Of a stretch of 64,000 bases of DNA, positions 49,395 through 59,373 are shown piece by piece. How positions within the stretch are numbered: position 1 is the first letter of the stretch; each line of letters begins with the position of its first letter. A program made the position numbers and the translations under genes. The notes under the pieces were generated by a model. The model had not been told where the DNA came from, did not search any database, and saw only the letters and a list, made by a program, of their open reading frames with translations. The DNA is taken from contig CABSNL010000001.1 of assembly GCA_902479095.1 (NCBI GenBank), positions 73 to 64,072 on the forward strand, read 5' to 3'. The stretch comes from an uncultured Collinsella sp. Lineage in GTDB: Bacteria; Actinomycetota; Coriobacteriia; Coriobacteriales; Coriobacteriaceae.

Positions 49395-49406
49395 GGACAG
49401 GTTAAC

Positions 49407-52088
49407 TTACTCCTTCTCGACCGCGCGCATGATCGCCTTGTAGATCTCCATCAGCGGGATGATCAGGAAGGCCAGGCCCAGCGCGGCAAGAACGCCCTTG
49501 AGCTCAAGCGTCACAGGGCCAAAGAACATCTCGGCAAGCGTCGGCTGCACGGTCACGATCACCGTCAACACCAGTGCCAGCGCGGCAGAAGCCCACAGCC
49601 ACTTGTTCTGCTTCTTCATGGTGAACAGCGACGCACGACGGCTGCGCATATTGAAGCAGTGGAAAATCTCGACCATGTTGAGCGTGATGAACGCCATCAT
49701 CACGCCTTCCTCGTCGGCATTGCCGGCGATCATATCGGCGATGTGGATGTAGCCCATGTCAAAGTACACGCCCACAAAGAAGCTCGCCAGCACCAGCACG
49801 GTGATGATCAGACCCTGGACCACGCAGTCCAGGCCCATGTGACCGGCAAAGACACCGTCCTTGGCGTTGCGCGGCTTGCGCTTCATGATGTCACCCTCGG
49901 CATCCTCCATGCCCAGCGCGAGCGCGGGGAAGCAGTCGGTGACCAGGTTCACCCACAGCAGCTGCACCGGCTGGAAGATGGTAAAGCCGATGAGCGTGGC
50001 GATAAACACCGAGAAGACCTCGGCAAGGTTAGCCGAAAGCAGGAACTGGATGACCTTACGAATGTTGTCGTAGATACGACGGCCCTCTTCGCAGGCACCG
50101 ATGATGGTGGCGAAATTGTCGTCGGCGAGCACCATGTCGGCGACGTTCTTGGTGACGTCGGTACCGGTGATGCCCATGCCCACGCCGATGTCGGCGCGCT
50201 TGATGGACGGGGCGTCGTTGACGCCGTCGCCCGTCATGGCCACGATCTGGTCGCGCGACTTCCAAGCCTCGACGATGCGTGTCTTGTGCTCGGGTTGGAC
50301 GCGGGCGTACACGCCGTAGTCCTCGATGTGCGCGTCGAGTTCCTCGTCGCTCATGCGATCGAGGTCGGCACCGGTGATGGCATGGTTGCGATCGGTGACG
50401 ATGCCCAGCTGCTTGGCGATGGCCACGGCGGTGTCGATGTGGTCGCCCGTGATCATGACGGTGCGAATACCGGCATCGTGGGCCTCGCGGATGGCGTCGG
50501 CGACCTCGGGGCGGACAGGGTCAATCATGCCGGACAGGCCGCAGAAGACCAGGTCGTGCTCGAGCGCAGCGGGGCTGCAGTCGCTCGGGACCTCGGTGTA
50601 GGTGCGGCTTGCCAGCGCCAGCACGCGCAGGGCCTCGTCGGCCATGGCCTTGTTGGCTGCCACGAGCTCGGCGCGGCGCTCCTCAGTCAGGGGGACGACC
50701 TTATCGCCCTCGTAGATATGGGTGCACAGGCCAATCACCACGTCGGGCGCGCCCTTGGTGTACTGCTCGTACTCGCCGTCCAGGGTCTCGACGACCACGG
50801 ACATCATCTTACGGCCCGAGTCGAACGGGGCCTCGCCCACGCGCGGGTGCTCGGCAGTCAGGCCAGTAAGACCAGCTTTGCCGGCATCATTGACAAGTGC
50901 ACACTCGGTCGGCTCGCCCACGGCCTCGCCCAGGTCCTCGTCCCACTGGGCATCGGAACACAGCGCCATACCGGCCAGGAACTTCTCCTTGGGCGCAGCG
51001 AGCTCGTGCTTGACAACGGTCATCTTGTTCTGGGTAAGCGTGCCAGTCTTGTCGGAGCAGATGGTCTGCGTGCAGCCAAGGGTCTCGACGGCAGAAAGCT
51101 TGCGGATGATCGCCTGGCGCTTGGCCATCTTGGTCACGCCGAGCGAAAGCACGATGGTCACGACGGCAACCAGGCCCTCGGGAATGGCGGCGACGGCAAG
51201 CGAGACGGCGACCATAAAGGTGTCGAGCAGGGCAGTCGGGTCGGTAAGGACGTTGCCCACGCCGTGACGGATGATGTCGACGCCAAAGATGACGACGCAG
51301 ATGACGATAACCATAATGGTAAGGATGCGGCTGAGCTCGGCGAGCTTCACCTGCAGCGGCGTGAGCTCTTCCTTGGCCTCGGCCAGGGCGCCAGCAATCT
51401 TGCCCATCTCGGTATCCATGCCGGTGCCGACCACGACGGCGCGACCGCGGCCGTACACCACGGTGGAGCCCATGTAGCACATGTTCTTGCGGTCGCCGAG
51501 CGGCACGTCATCGGTGCCCGCGGCGAGCTCGATCACGTTGGCGTGCTTCTCGACCGGCACGGACTCGCCGGTCAGTGCGGCCTCTTCGATCTTCATCGTG
51601 GCGCTCTCGAGCACGCGGCAGTCGGCCGGGACGGAGTCGCCCGCCTCGAGCATGATCACGTCGCCGGGCACGAGCTCGGCGCTCGGCAGGTGCACGAGCT
51701 TGCCGTCGCGCAGCACCTTGGACTGCGCCGCGCTCATCTCCTGCAGGGCCTCGAGAGCCTCCTCGCTTTTAGCCTCCTGAACCACGCCCAGCACCGAGTT
51801 GACGATAACGACGAACATGATGATGGCGACGTCGGCAAAATCGGGCTCGCCCTTGACCATGCCCGTGAGCGCGCTGATGACGGCGGCAACGATCAGCATG
51901 ATGACCATGGGGTCAGCCATCTGCTCAAAGAAGCGCTTCCACAGCGGCGTCTTCTCGGCTTCCTCAAGCTTGTTAGGGCCTGTCTTGGCGAGGCGCGACG
52001 ACGCCTCGCCGTTGCTCAGGCCGAGGTTCTCATCGACACCTTGGTCGCTGAGCACCTCCGCCGCGGCGGACAGGTATTCCTTTTGCAT
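49407..52088 (-). CDS. cation-translocating P-type ATPase (P2A, Ca2+-type)
   Basis: TGES, AIPEGL, DKTGT, KGAPD, TGDGVND and LWVNLVTD motifs. Confidence 0.95.
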   Translation of the reverse strand: MQKEYLSAAAEVLSDQGVDENLGLSNGEASSRLAKTGPNKLEEAEKTPLWKRFFEQMADPMVIMLIVAAVISALTGMVKGEPDFADVAIIMFVVIVNSVLGVVQEAKSEEALEALQEMSAAQSKVLRDGKLVHLPSAELVPGDVIMLEAGDSVPADCRVLESATMKIEEAALTGESVPVEKHANVIELAAGTDDVPLGDRKNMCYMGSTVVYGRGRAVVVGTGMDTEMGKIAGALAEAKEELTPLQVKLAELSRILTIMVIVICVVIFGVDIIRHGVGNVLTDPTALLDTFMVAVSLAVAAIPEGLVAVVTIVLSLGVTKMAKRQAIIRKLSAVETLGCTQTICSDKTGTLTQNKMTVVKHELAAPKEKFLAGMALCSDAQWDEDLGEAVGEPTECALVNDAGKAGLTGLTAEHPRVGEAPFDSGRKMMSVVVETLDGEYEQYTKGAPDVVIGLCTHIYEGDKVVPLTEERRAELVAANKAMADEALRVLALASRTYTEVPSDCSPAALEHDLVFCGLSGMIDPVRPEVADAIREAHDAGIRTVMITGDHIDTAVAIAKQLGIVTDRNHAITGADLDRMSDEELDAHIEDYGVYARVQPEHKTRIVEAWKSRDQIVAMTGDGVNDAPSIKRADIGVGMGITGTDVTKNVADMVLADDNFATIIGACEEGRRIYDNIRKVIQFLLSANLAEVFSVFIATLIGFTIFQPVQLLWVNLVTDCFPALALGMEDAEGDIMKRKPRNAKDGVFAGHMGLDCVVQGLIITVLVLASFFVGVYFDMGYIHIADMIAGNADEEGVMMAFITLNMVEIFHCFNMRSRRASLFTMKKQNKWLWASAALALVLTVIVTVQPTLAEMFFGPVTLELKGVLAALGLAFLIIPLMEIYKAIMRAVEKE

Positions 52089-52095
52089 ATAGAGT

Positions 52096-52190
52096 CCCCT
52101 CCTGGGATTCGGGCCACTCAGCAGATTGATGCCCGATCATAATTCCCAGGAGAAGGGCAAGGGCTCATCAAGGCTGCCGTGCTGAGCGGC
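52096..52190 (-). promoter_or_regulatory. candidate cis-regulatory RNA leader with alternative SD-sequestering folds
   Basis: Two mutually exclusive sets of complementary segments, one of which pairs with the GGAGG SD. Confidence 0.45.
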
Positions 52191-52530
52191 AGTTGATAGT
52201 GGAGCTATGGTACCCCAAAGCGACGCGTCTAGCCAAAACATTCCATCTGGAAACACGGCACAGGCGCAACGGTGCAGACAGTGTGATGCTCAAGATTGGT
52301 AAAACGTTTTTTCTTCGGCGCATCGTCAAACTGAAATATCGCCCGGATAGCAGCGGTCAGAACGGTTGATAAAGTTTTTTCATATACCGTTTTTACCGCA
52401 AAAAATGAACTTCTAATTCGGCATACGGTCGATTTTTGGGGGTGTTCGGTCGTCATTTCGTTATAATCATCTCAGTTTTATTTCTTATGGTTTATCTATC
52501 AGCGCAAGACGATGTCAGATGGAGGTCTGA

Positions 52531-53991
52531 ATGTACAAGCGCACTAAGATTGTATGCACCATGGGTCCCGCCTGCGATAGCGACGAGACCATCCGTGAGA
52601 TGATCAAGGCGGGCATGAACGTCGCCCGTTTTAACTTCTCGCACGGATCCTACGACGAGCACCACGGTCGCATCGAGCGCGTCCGTCGTATTTCCAAGGA
52701 GCTCGGTCTGCCCGTCGGCATCCTGCTCGACACCAAGGGCCCCGAGGTCCGCACCGGCCTTCTGGTCGATGGCAAGAAGGTTGCCGTCAAGACCGGCGAT
52801 AAGATCGTCGTCACCGCTCAGCCCACGTCCGAGGATTTCCACGGCACCGCTGAGCACATCTCCCTCGACTACCTGGCTCTGCCCTCCGAGGTCGAGAAGG
52901 GCTCCCTTATCCTGATCGATGACGGTCTGGTTGCCCTCGAGGTCGAGTCCGTCGACGGCCAGGACATGACCTGCGTCGTCAAGAATGACGGCCTGATCGG
53001 CGAGCGCAAGGGCGTCAACATGCCCAACGTCAACATCTCGCTGCCCGCCATCACCGAGCGCGATCGTCAGGACATCCTCTTTGGCCTGACCGAGAACATC
53101 GACTACATCGCCGCTTCCTTCATCCGTGACGGCGAGTCCGTCCGCGGCATCCGCGAGCTTTGCCGCGAGAACGGTGGCGAGCACGTGACGATCTTCCCGA
53201 AGATCGAGTGCGCCCTGGGCGTCGAGAACTTCGACGAGATCCTCGAGGCTTCCGACGGCATCATGGTCGCCCGTGGCGACCTGGGCATCGAGATCAAGCC
53301 CGAGCTCGTTCCGCACATCCAGAAGGAGATCATCGCCAAGTGCAACGCGGCCTACAAGCCCGTTATCACCGCTACGCAGATGCTCGACTCCATGCAGCAG
53401 AACCCGCGCCCGACGCGCGCCGAGGTTGCCGACGTTGCTAACGCCATTTACGACGGCACCGACGCCGTTATGCTCTCTGGCGAGTCCGCTGCCGGTAAGT
53501 ACCCGGTCGAGGCCGTCAAGATGCAGGCCAGCATCGCTCTCGAGACCGAGAAGTACCTCCCGGCCCACGCTCCGCTCGAGGTTCCGGCCGATGCTCACGG
53601 CACCCGCGTCGTCAACAACGTTGTGGGTATGTCCGCTGTGAACATGGCCACCACCGTTGGCGCCAAGTGCATCACCGTGCCGACGACCACTGGTCGTACT
53701 GCCCGCCTGATCTCGCACTTCCGTCCCAACATGCCGATCTGCGCGTTCTCCCGCCACGAGTGGGCCGTCCAGCAGATGATCATGTACTGGGGCGTCATCC
53801 CGCACCAGGCAGAGATTACCCAGGGCACCGTCAACGGCACGATCGTCAAGGCGATCGAGACCGCTAAGGAGCTCGGCTACGTCAAGACTGGCGATTTGAC
53901 CGTCGCTACCGCCGGCGATCCCCGTATGAGCGTCCAGCTCGAGGACAAGGTTTCCTCGACCAACGTCGCTTACGTCGCTCAGGTGCGCTAA
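52531..53991 (+). CDS. pyk: pyruvate kinase
   Basis: RTKIVCTMGP, DTKGPEVR, MVARGDLG, ATQMLDSM and MLSGESA motifs. Confidence 0.97.
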   Translation: MYKRTKIVCTMGPACDSDETIREMIKAGMNVARFNFSHGSYDEHHGRIERVRRISKELGLPVGILLDTKGPEVRTGLLVDGKKVAVKTGDKIVVTAQPTSEDFHGTAEHISLDYLALPSEVEKGSLILIDDGLVALEVESVDGQDMTCVVKNDGLIGERKGVNMPNVNISLPAITERDRQDILFGLTENIDYIAASFIRDGESVRGIRELCRENGGEHVTIFPKIECALGVENFDEILEASDGIMVARGDLGIEIKPELVPHIQKEIIAKCNAAYKPVITATQMLDSMQQNPRPTRAEVADVANAIYDGTDAVMLSGESAAGKYPVEAVKMQASIALETEKYLPAHAPLEVPADAHGTRVVNNVVGMSAVNMATTVGAKCITVPTTTGRTARLISHFRPNMPICAFSRHEWAVQQMIMYWGVIPHQAEITQGTVNGTIVKAIETAKELGYVKTGDLTVATAGDPRMSVQLEDKVSSTNVAYVAQVR

Positions 53992-54020
53992 ATCGCACTT
54001 GCAAGCAGATTTGCATTGCA

Positions 54021-54058
54021 AAGGGGCCCGGAAGGCTTCGCCTTCCGGGCCCCTTTTC
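54021..54058 (+). terminator. intrinsic terminator after pyk
   Basis: AAAGGGGCCCGGAAGG-CTTCG-CCTTCCGGGCCCCTTTT. Confidence 0.85.
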
Positions 54059-54415
54059 TGTGCCATTGCCGGCACGCGGCAAAACACGCACTCATTTCTT
54101 TGCCAAAAGTGCGTAATCCACCCTTCGAGGCCCAAAAAATAAAGTCCCAAGCGCTAAAAGTGTTCGCCCGGTGGCAAACCCGCACCTTGACCGACGCTGC
54201 TAAATCGTTTTAGCAAGGTCAAAATCGACCGCGTTTTCGGAAGTATGCGGCAAATTCTGGAACCTCCGAGCACACCCTGTTTTTTCGCAACAAAATGCCT
54301 GATAAACTAGCCTCAAAAGCCAGGTCTGCTCATAGGGTTCAGATTTTGCCGCATACTTCCGGATTGACGCTGGCATCACTCGCTTCAAAGAGATGATTTC
54401 GGCCAGGAGGGCATT

Positions 54416-55489
54416 ATGGACCTGACGCTTTGTGGGCAATCCGCCTTTAACTACTTCCGCATCCCGCCGCAGGTATTAGGCCTTTACCCCGCCATTAGCC
54501 TTGGCAATATGGATCGCAGATGTTGCGGCCTCGGAAGTCATGCAGTTGTAAAAGACCTGCTTCACGCACCGCTTCACAGGCTTGTATTCACTCGGGCACA
54601 ATCCGGATCACGTAGCTTGTTCAAGTCGCACCTCCTGACCCAGGAACCACCTCCGGGGTCGTTTAGGCAGACTGAGCATGGATTTGATGTCACGTCCCCG
54701 GAGTTCACACTGCTCAGCCTTGCCACGCAGGTCTCACGCAACCAGCTACTCATGGCTTGCTACGAGATGTGCGGCTCCTTTGCAGTGTTTAAGCCCTGCG
54801 AGCGAACGCACCAACAACTCGATGAAGCTATTTCGCTTAAGCTCATTCCACCCGACTGCGGCTGGGAGCGTGTTAACGACACCAAGGGCAATGACACCAA
54901 CCTGTGGAAGCGCCCACCGCTCCTCAGCGCAGCGGATATCGCCGCGTTCGCCAAGCAGGCCGCAGGCCTGCGCGGCGTTAAACAACTGCGCTGGGCGGCC
55001 GAGCACATGACGGGGCAGACCGCCTCGCCCTTCGAAGTACAGACTTCCATGCTTGTCTCGCTCCCCCGCAACGAGGGCGGCATGGGCATCAACATCGCAA
55101 ACAACGTGCGCATCCCACTCAGCGACGCCGCGCGCTCACTGTATGACAAAACCTGCTGCTACGCCGATATCCTCATCGAAAGTGCCACCAACAGCATGGG
55201 CGTCATTCTGGAATGCCAAGGCCGCTCCGCCCATGACAGCGAAGCCGCAAGTCTCTCCGATGCCGAGCGCACCACCGCCCTCACAAGCATGGGCTATGAC
55301 GTTATCCAGATAACCTATGAGCAAATCAAGGACACAAAGAGCTTTAACAACATCGCCGAGCTCATTCATAAAAAGACGGGACTCCCCTACATCCCAAAGA
55401 CCGATCAGGAACGCACCACCGAAGATGCCCTGCGACGGGAGCTGTTGGTCAATTGGGATGAACTGTTCTCCGTTAAGCCGGCCGGCTAG
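54416..55489 (+). CDS. AbiEi/DUF559-like protein with C-terminal PD-(D/E)XK-type domain
   Basis: VTSPEFTLL, SPFE, YADIL, LECQGRSAHD and DAERTTAL..MGYDVIQIT pattern. Confidence 0.65.
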   Translation: MDLTLCGQSAFNYFRIPPQVLGLYPAISLGNMDRRCCGLGSHAVVKDLLHAPLHRLVFTRAQSGSRSLFKSHLLTQEPPPGSFRQTEHGFDVTSPEFTLLSLATQVSRNQLLMACYEMCGSFAVFKPCERTHQQLDEAISLKLIPPDCGWERVNDTKGNDTNLWKRPPLLSAADIAAFAKQAAGLRGVKQLRWAAEHMTGQTASPFEVQTSMLVSLPRNEGGMGINIANNVRIPLSDAARSLYDKTCCYADILIESATNSMGVILECQGRSAHDSEAASLSDAERTTALTSMGYDVIQITYEQIKDTKSFNNIAELIHKKTGLPYIPKTDQERTTEDALRRELLVNWDELFSVKPAG

Positions 55490-56334
55490 CAGCTAGCGAT
55501 CAGGGGGACTGCAGGAACGTCAGGTGCAGCAACGCGAGCCGCAAAGCCTGCCTCGGTTAGCTCGACGACCTCGGTAAACGTTGCATCGAAAAACTCCTCG
55601 GTTAACAGGCGATACGGCGGATGATCGGGCTCGCCGGGGTTTTCGCGTACAATCTCGTGCATGACGCCGATGGTCTTGAGCACATACTCCTTATGGATGG
55701 GATACTGCCCAAAACGCGTCGCAGCGGTATACAGGCGATCGGTCGCGCGCGGGATGGAGACAATGCCCAGCGTCTTGCCAAACCAGTCAAAGTCGCCTTG
55801 CTTTTTAATGCGGAACTCCTCACACGGCTTGCCGCCGTGCGCCTCCAGGTACTGATTCACACGCGTGTTCCATACGGTATCGGCCACCAGATGCGACCAG
55901 ACGCCCAGCGTCAAATCGAGCAACGACTGCGCCACATCTTCGGACGCAAGCGAGAACTCACAGGCGCCGGGACCGACAACCGGCTCGGCATCCTTGTAGC
56001 GCTGGGGATAGTGCACGCGGTTCAGCCGCTCGCGTTCCTCGATAATCGAGGTCGCCGCGGCCGGCGCACCGGTGGGCGAACTTTTAAGCAACGGTGCCAC
56101 ATAGGTATCCCAGAACTCATGCTCACGAGGCTTAGGGATGGGCTCAGGCTTGGCAAAGTGCGTAATGCGGTACGGAATGGGATCGGCGATGCCAGGGACC
56201 ATATAGCCCACGAAGATATCCGGAACCACGCAGCCAAACAAAAAGGCATTGCGGTCGCGCACGCTCTTGGCAAGCGCACCGGTGCGCTCCAGCAAACGCT
56301 CCGTCTGAGCGATATGAATGTTCCAGCTTGGCAT
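55486..56334 (-). CDS. zinc-dependent phospholipase C-like family protein
   Basis: MPSWNIH, FLFGCVVPDI, THF and GVWSHLVAD motifs. Confidence 0.65.
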   Translation of the reverse strand: MPSWNIHIAQTERLLERTGALAKSVRDRNAFLFGCVVPDIFVGYMVPGIADPIPYRITHFAKPEPIPKPREHEFWDTYVAPLLKSSPTGAPAAATSIIEERERLNRVHYPQRYKDAEPVVGPGACEFSLASEDVAQSLLDLTLGVWSHLVADTVWNTRVNQYLEAHGGKPCEEFRIKKQGDFDWFGKTLGIVSIPRATDRLYTAATRFGQYPIHKEYVLKTIGVMHEIVRENPGEPDHPPYRLLTEEFFDATFTEVVELTEAGFAARVAAPDVPAVPLIASC

Positions 56335-56413
56335 AGCCACCCCCATAAAAACCTGGATAACTATACCATCACGGCAAAGCCACGCGGGCAGCTACGCACG
56401 CTCTACGCAGCAA

Positions 56414-57208
56414 CTAGTCCGTAGCACCGCTTTCGGTTCCATACGACGACACCGGCGCCTCGACCACATGGTGATATCGATCGATATAGATGGCACGGGC
56501 ACCCAGGCGTCGCACCAAATCCTGGTGATGTGTGCTCATCAAGACCGTCTTACCGGCAGCGACGTAGGCCAGCAAGAAGTTGACCACGATGTCGCATGAA
56601 TCCTCGTCGAGTCCATTGGTGGGCTCGTCGAGGACCAATATATCCGGGTTCATCGACACCACCGCAGCCAGCGCAACGCGCTTCTTTTGCCCGCCCGAGA
56701 GCTGGTAGGGAGAGGCGTCGGCAAGGTCGGCAACCTGGAACAGCCCCATGGCATCGCGCACGCGGCGCTCGAGCTCGTCTGTCGGCAGTCCCATCTGCGC
56801 GGGACCAAAAGCAACTTCCTCGCCCACCGTAGCGCAGAACAGCTGGGCGTCGGCATTCTGGAACACAAAGCCCACGCGCTGATGAAAACGCTGAGCGGCC
56901 GCGGAATCCTTTAGAAACGCCGCATCAATCACATGCCCGTCAAACAGGTATGCCCCTGCGTCCGCGAGTTCAAGGCCGTTAATAAGGCGCATAATCGTCG
57001 TCTTACCGCAGCCGTTGGGACCAAGCAGGGCAACGAGCTCCCCGCGATCGACCTGCAGCGACACGCCATCGACAACCGCATGCCCCGCATAGGAAAACAC
57101 CACGTCGCGAAACTCGATGAGCGGCGTGGTCTCGGCGCCGCCCGCACCGTTCGTGCCCGCCGCACTCTTCATATCGATCGTCAAAACGTCGCCCTTCCCT
57201 ATTTGCAT
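56414..57208 (-). CDS. cbiO: ECF transporter ATPase (NikO/CbiO)
   Basis: GPNGCGKTT, FQNADAQLF, LSGGQKKR and DEPT motifs. Confidence 0.9.
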   Translation of the reverse strand: MQIGKGDVLTIDMKSAAGTNGAGGAETTPLIEFRDVVFSYAGHAVVDGVSLQVDRGELVALLGPNGCGKTTIMRLINGLELADAGAYLFDGHVIDAAFLKDSAAAQRFHQRVGFVFQNADAQLFCATVGEEVAFGPAQMGLPTDELERRVRDAMGLFQVADLADASPYQLSGGQKKRVALAAVVSMNPDILVLDEPTNGLDEDSCDIVVNFLLAYVAAGKTVLMSTHHQDLVRRLGARAIYIDRYHHVVEAPVSSYGTESGATD

Positions 57209-57230
57209 CCCCAGCCGAAACCAGCAGCGC

Positions 57231-58067
57231 CTACAACACGGCGCACAACACTGCCAGCAGCGCCACGCCGGCCACATAGACCGCATCGCGCCAGCCAAAC
57301 CCGGCGCGCGCGGGCGCCGGATACGCACCGGCAAAGCCGCGGCACAGCATAGCCTCGTCCATCGCGCGGCTGCATTCCATCGCCTTGATAAAGGTCATGC
57401 CCATGATACCCGCGATCGAATCGGTACGCGAAAATCCCTCAGGCGCACGGCCAACGCTGCGCAGCATGACCGATTCACACAGATCGTGCGCCGTGCGACC
57501 CAGCACCTCGATATGCTTGAGCGCCATATCAAACGTAAAGATAACTTCGTCGGGTAGATGCAGCATCTTAAGCGCCGCCGACATTCGGCTCCACGTGAGG
57601 GTCCACGAAACGCCCAGCACGAGCGTCACGTTAATGAACGTCTTGAGCGCAATCTTGAGCATGGCGCCCGCGGCAGAAGCGTCCAGCAGCAAGGCGGGCA
57701 GCGCCAGAACCACGGCAAACCCCGCGGCAGCCAACGCCGGCACAAAGGTTGCCCGCAGCCCGCGTACGGGGCGAACAGCAACGAGCACCAGTGCGATAGC
57801 CGCCATCAACATGAGGTACAGCGGGCTCTGCGTCAGACACACGCACAGGACGCAAACGAACATCCCCACCAGGCGCACCGGAGCCGAAACGCAAGAAAGG
57901 GCGCGGTCGACCATCGACCCGCCCTCGTGCGCGCCTCCACCCAGGCGAACCCGCTCAAGCAGGCTCGCCAGGTGCAGGACGTTCTTTTGCATCACGCGAT
58001 GACGAGCGCCCGTGGGCTCGTATCGCTCCTCGACCGCAAGCCAGCTAGGCAGCTCGGCTATTGCCAT
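57231..58067 (-). CDS. cbiQ: ECF transporter T component (NikQ/CbiQ)
   Basis: Multi-TM protein with LRS and AMLCRG T-component motifs. Confidence 0.85.
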   Translation of the reverse strand: MAIAELPSWLAVEERYEPTGARHRVMQKNVLHLASLLERVRLGGGAHEGGSMVDRALSCVSAPVRLVGMFVCVLCVCLTQSPLYLMLMAAIALVLVAVRPVRGLRATFVPALAAAGFAVVLALPALLLDASAAGAMLKIALKTFINVTLVLGVSWTLTWSRMSAALKMLHLPDEVIFTFDMALKHIEVLGRTAHDLCESVMLRSVGRAPEGFSRTDSIAGIMGMTFIKAMECSRAMDEAMLCRGFAGAYPAPARAGFGWRDAVYVAGVALLAVLCAVL

Positions 58068-59127
58068 GAGCACCGCTTTCCTTGACCGTCAACGAGACCA
58101 GGCGGAATGCAATGGTAAGCACCGCCACGCCAATCACGCCCGAAAGAATATACATCGCGGCCTGGCCGGCAAAGCCAAGGCCCTGCTCCTCGGAATAGGC
58201 CTGCAGGTAATCGCCCGTGGGCAGGGCATCGGCAAAGGTCGGGGTATCGAGGCCGACCGAAGCCCGCAGGCTGTCGTCGCCAGCCTCCTGAACCGCAGTT
58301 GCGGCGCCCTCGGCGTCCCACTCACCCCAGGCGTCACCGGTGGCAAGCAAGCCGAACGGCGTAGCCACGACAAGCACGGCGACCAGAATGAACGTGGGAA
58401 TCAGGGAAGTCTTCTTGGCAGCGCCCTCGGCAGCAAGCTGACCATCGACGGCCTCGGGCCCGACGATAACGCTCGGCGCCGTCTTCTTAATGAAACCGTA
58501 GATGGCGGCCGTCGCCACGCCCTCGACGAAACCGGCAACCAGCATATGCGGAATCATCATGGCAGGGATTGCAATAGACAGCGGGAAGGGGCAGTACAGC
58601 GGCGCGCCCGAAGCGTTGGTAAAGAGCATCGGCTGAATACCAAACTCGATTGCCGCGCACAGGGCCGCCAGGCACAGGCCGACCCAGCCGCTTACGATGG
58701 TCGAAACCGAGGTGCCCCAGCTCTTGTCGTGCAAACGGCTGTTGAGCGCACGGAACACGATAGCAGCGGCAAACGGCAGCACGAAGGCCATGTTAAAGCA
58801 GTTGGCGCCAAAGGACAGGATGCCGCCGTCACCAAACAGCAGCGCCTGCAGCGCCAGCGCGACCGAAACCGCGATGGCAGCGGCCTCGGGACCCAGCAGC
58901 AGCGCGATGAGCGCGCCGCCGACGGCGTGGCCTGTGGTGCCGCCAGGCAGCGGCACGTTGAACATCATGAGCAGGAAGGAGAACGCGGCGCAGATGCCCA
59001 GGAACGCCATGTGCTCGCGATCAAGCGTGGCGCGCACCTTTTTGATGCAGTGGATCCAAACGGGCACCATCGCCACCGCCATAACGGCATCGGTCTGCGG
59101 GGACAGATAATTATCTGGAATGTGCAT
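58045..59127 (-). CDS. cbiM: ECF S component NikM/CbiM fused to a NikN-like domain
   Basis: N-terminal MHIPDNYLS, GTTGH, LFGDGG and C-terminal GDAWGEW extension. Confidence 0.9.
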   Translation of the reverse strand: MHIPDNYLSPQTDAVMAVAMVPVWIHCIKKVRATLDREHMAFLGICAAFSFLLMMFNVPLPGGTTGHAVGGALIALLLGPEAAAIAVSVALALQALLFGDGGILSFGANCFNMAFVLPFAAAIVFRALNSRLHDKSWGTSVSTIVSGWVGLCLAALCAAIEFGIQPMLFTNASGAPLYCPFPLSIAIPAMMIPHMLVAGFVEGVATAAIYGFIKKTAPSVIVGPEAVDGQLAAEGAAKKTSLIPTFILVAVLVVATPFGLLATGDAWGEWDAEGAATAVQEAGDDSLRASVGLDTPTFADALPTGDYLQAYSEEQGLGFAGQAAMYILSGVIGVAVLTIAFRLVSLTVKESGAHGNSRAA

Positions 59128-59184
59128 GTACGCCTCCCGGTTATCGGCGCACGGAATTGCAACGCCGCTTGAATCACCTTTCCA

Positions 59185-59212
59185 GTGTTACGTAATGTCA
59201 GATTCGTAACAC
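59185..59212. promoter_or_regulatory. 28-bp palindromic operator (NikR-like)
   Basis: GTGTTACG-N12-CGTAACAC just downstream of the TATGAT -10 at 59223-59228. Confidence 0.65.
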
Positions 59213-59373
59213 GCCGCGGGCTATCATAGCAAAACGGCGCACTGCCGACAAAGCAGCACGCCCTTATGTAATGCGCGTGTCATATATGCAGGCTCAGCAG
59301 CGCCTTATACCGGGCATAGCAGTCACGTAGGATTCGGCAGCAGCCACCGCTGACCCATACCCCAGCGCAGGAC

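Noticed and set aside
52096..52230. Fluoride or yybP-ykoY riboswitch before the ATPase
   Set aside because: Only a partial GAUGAGCCCU resemblance; the conserved 5' elements of either family were not found by eye.
59128..59370. Cobalamin riboswitch upstream of the cbiM-like gene
   Set aside because: No B12-box or AGGGAA core was seen, and the -10 lies only about 95 bp from the start codon.
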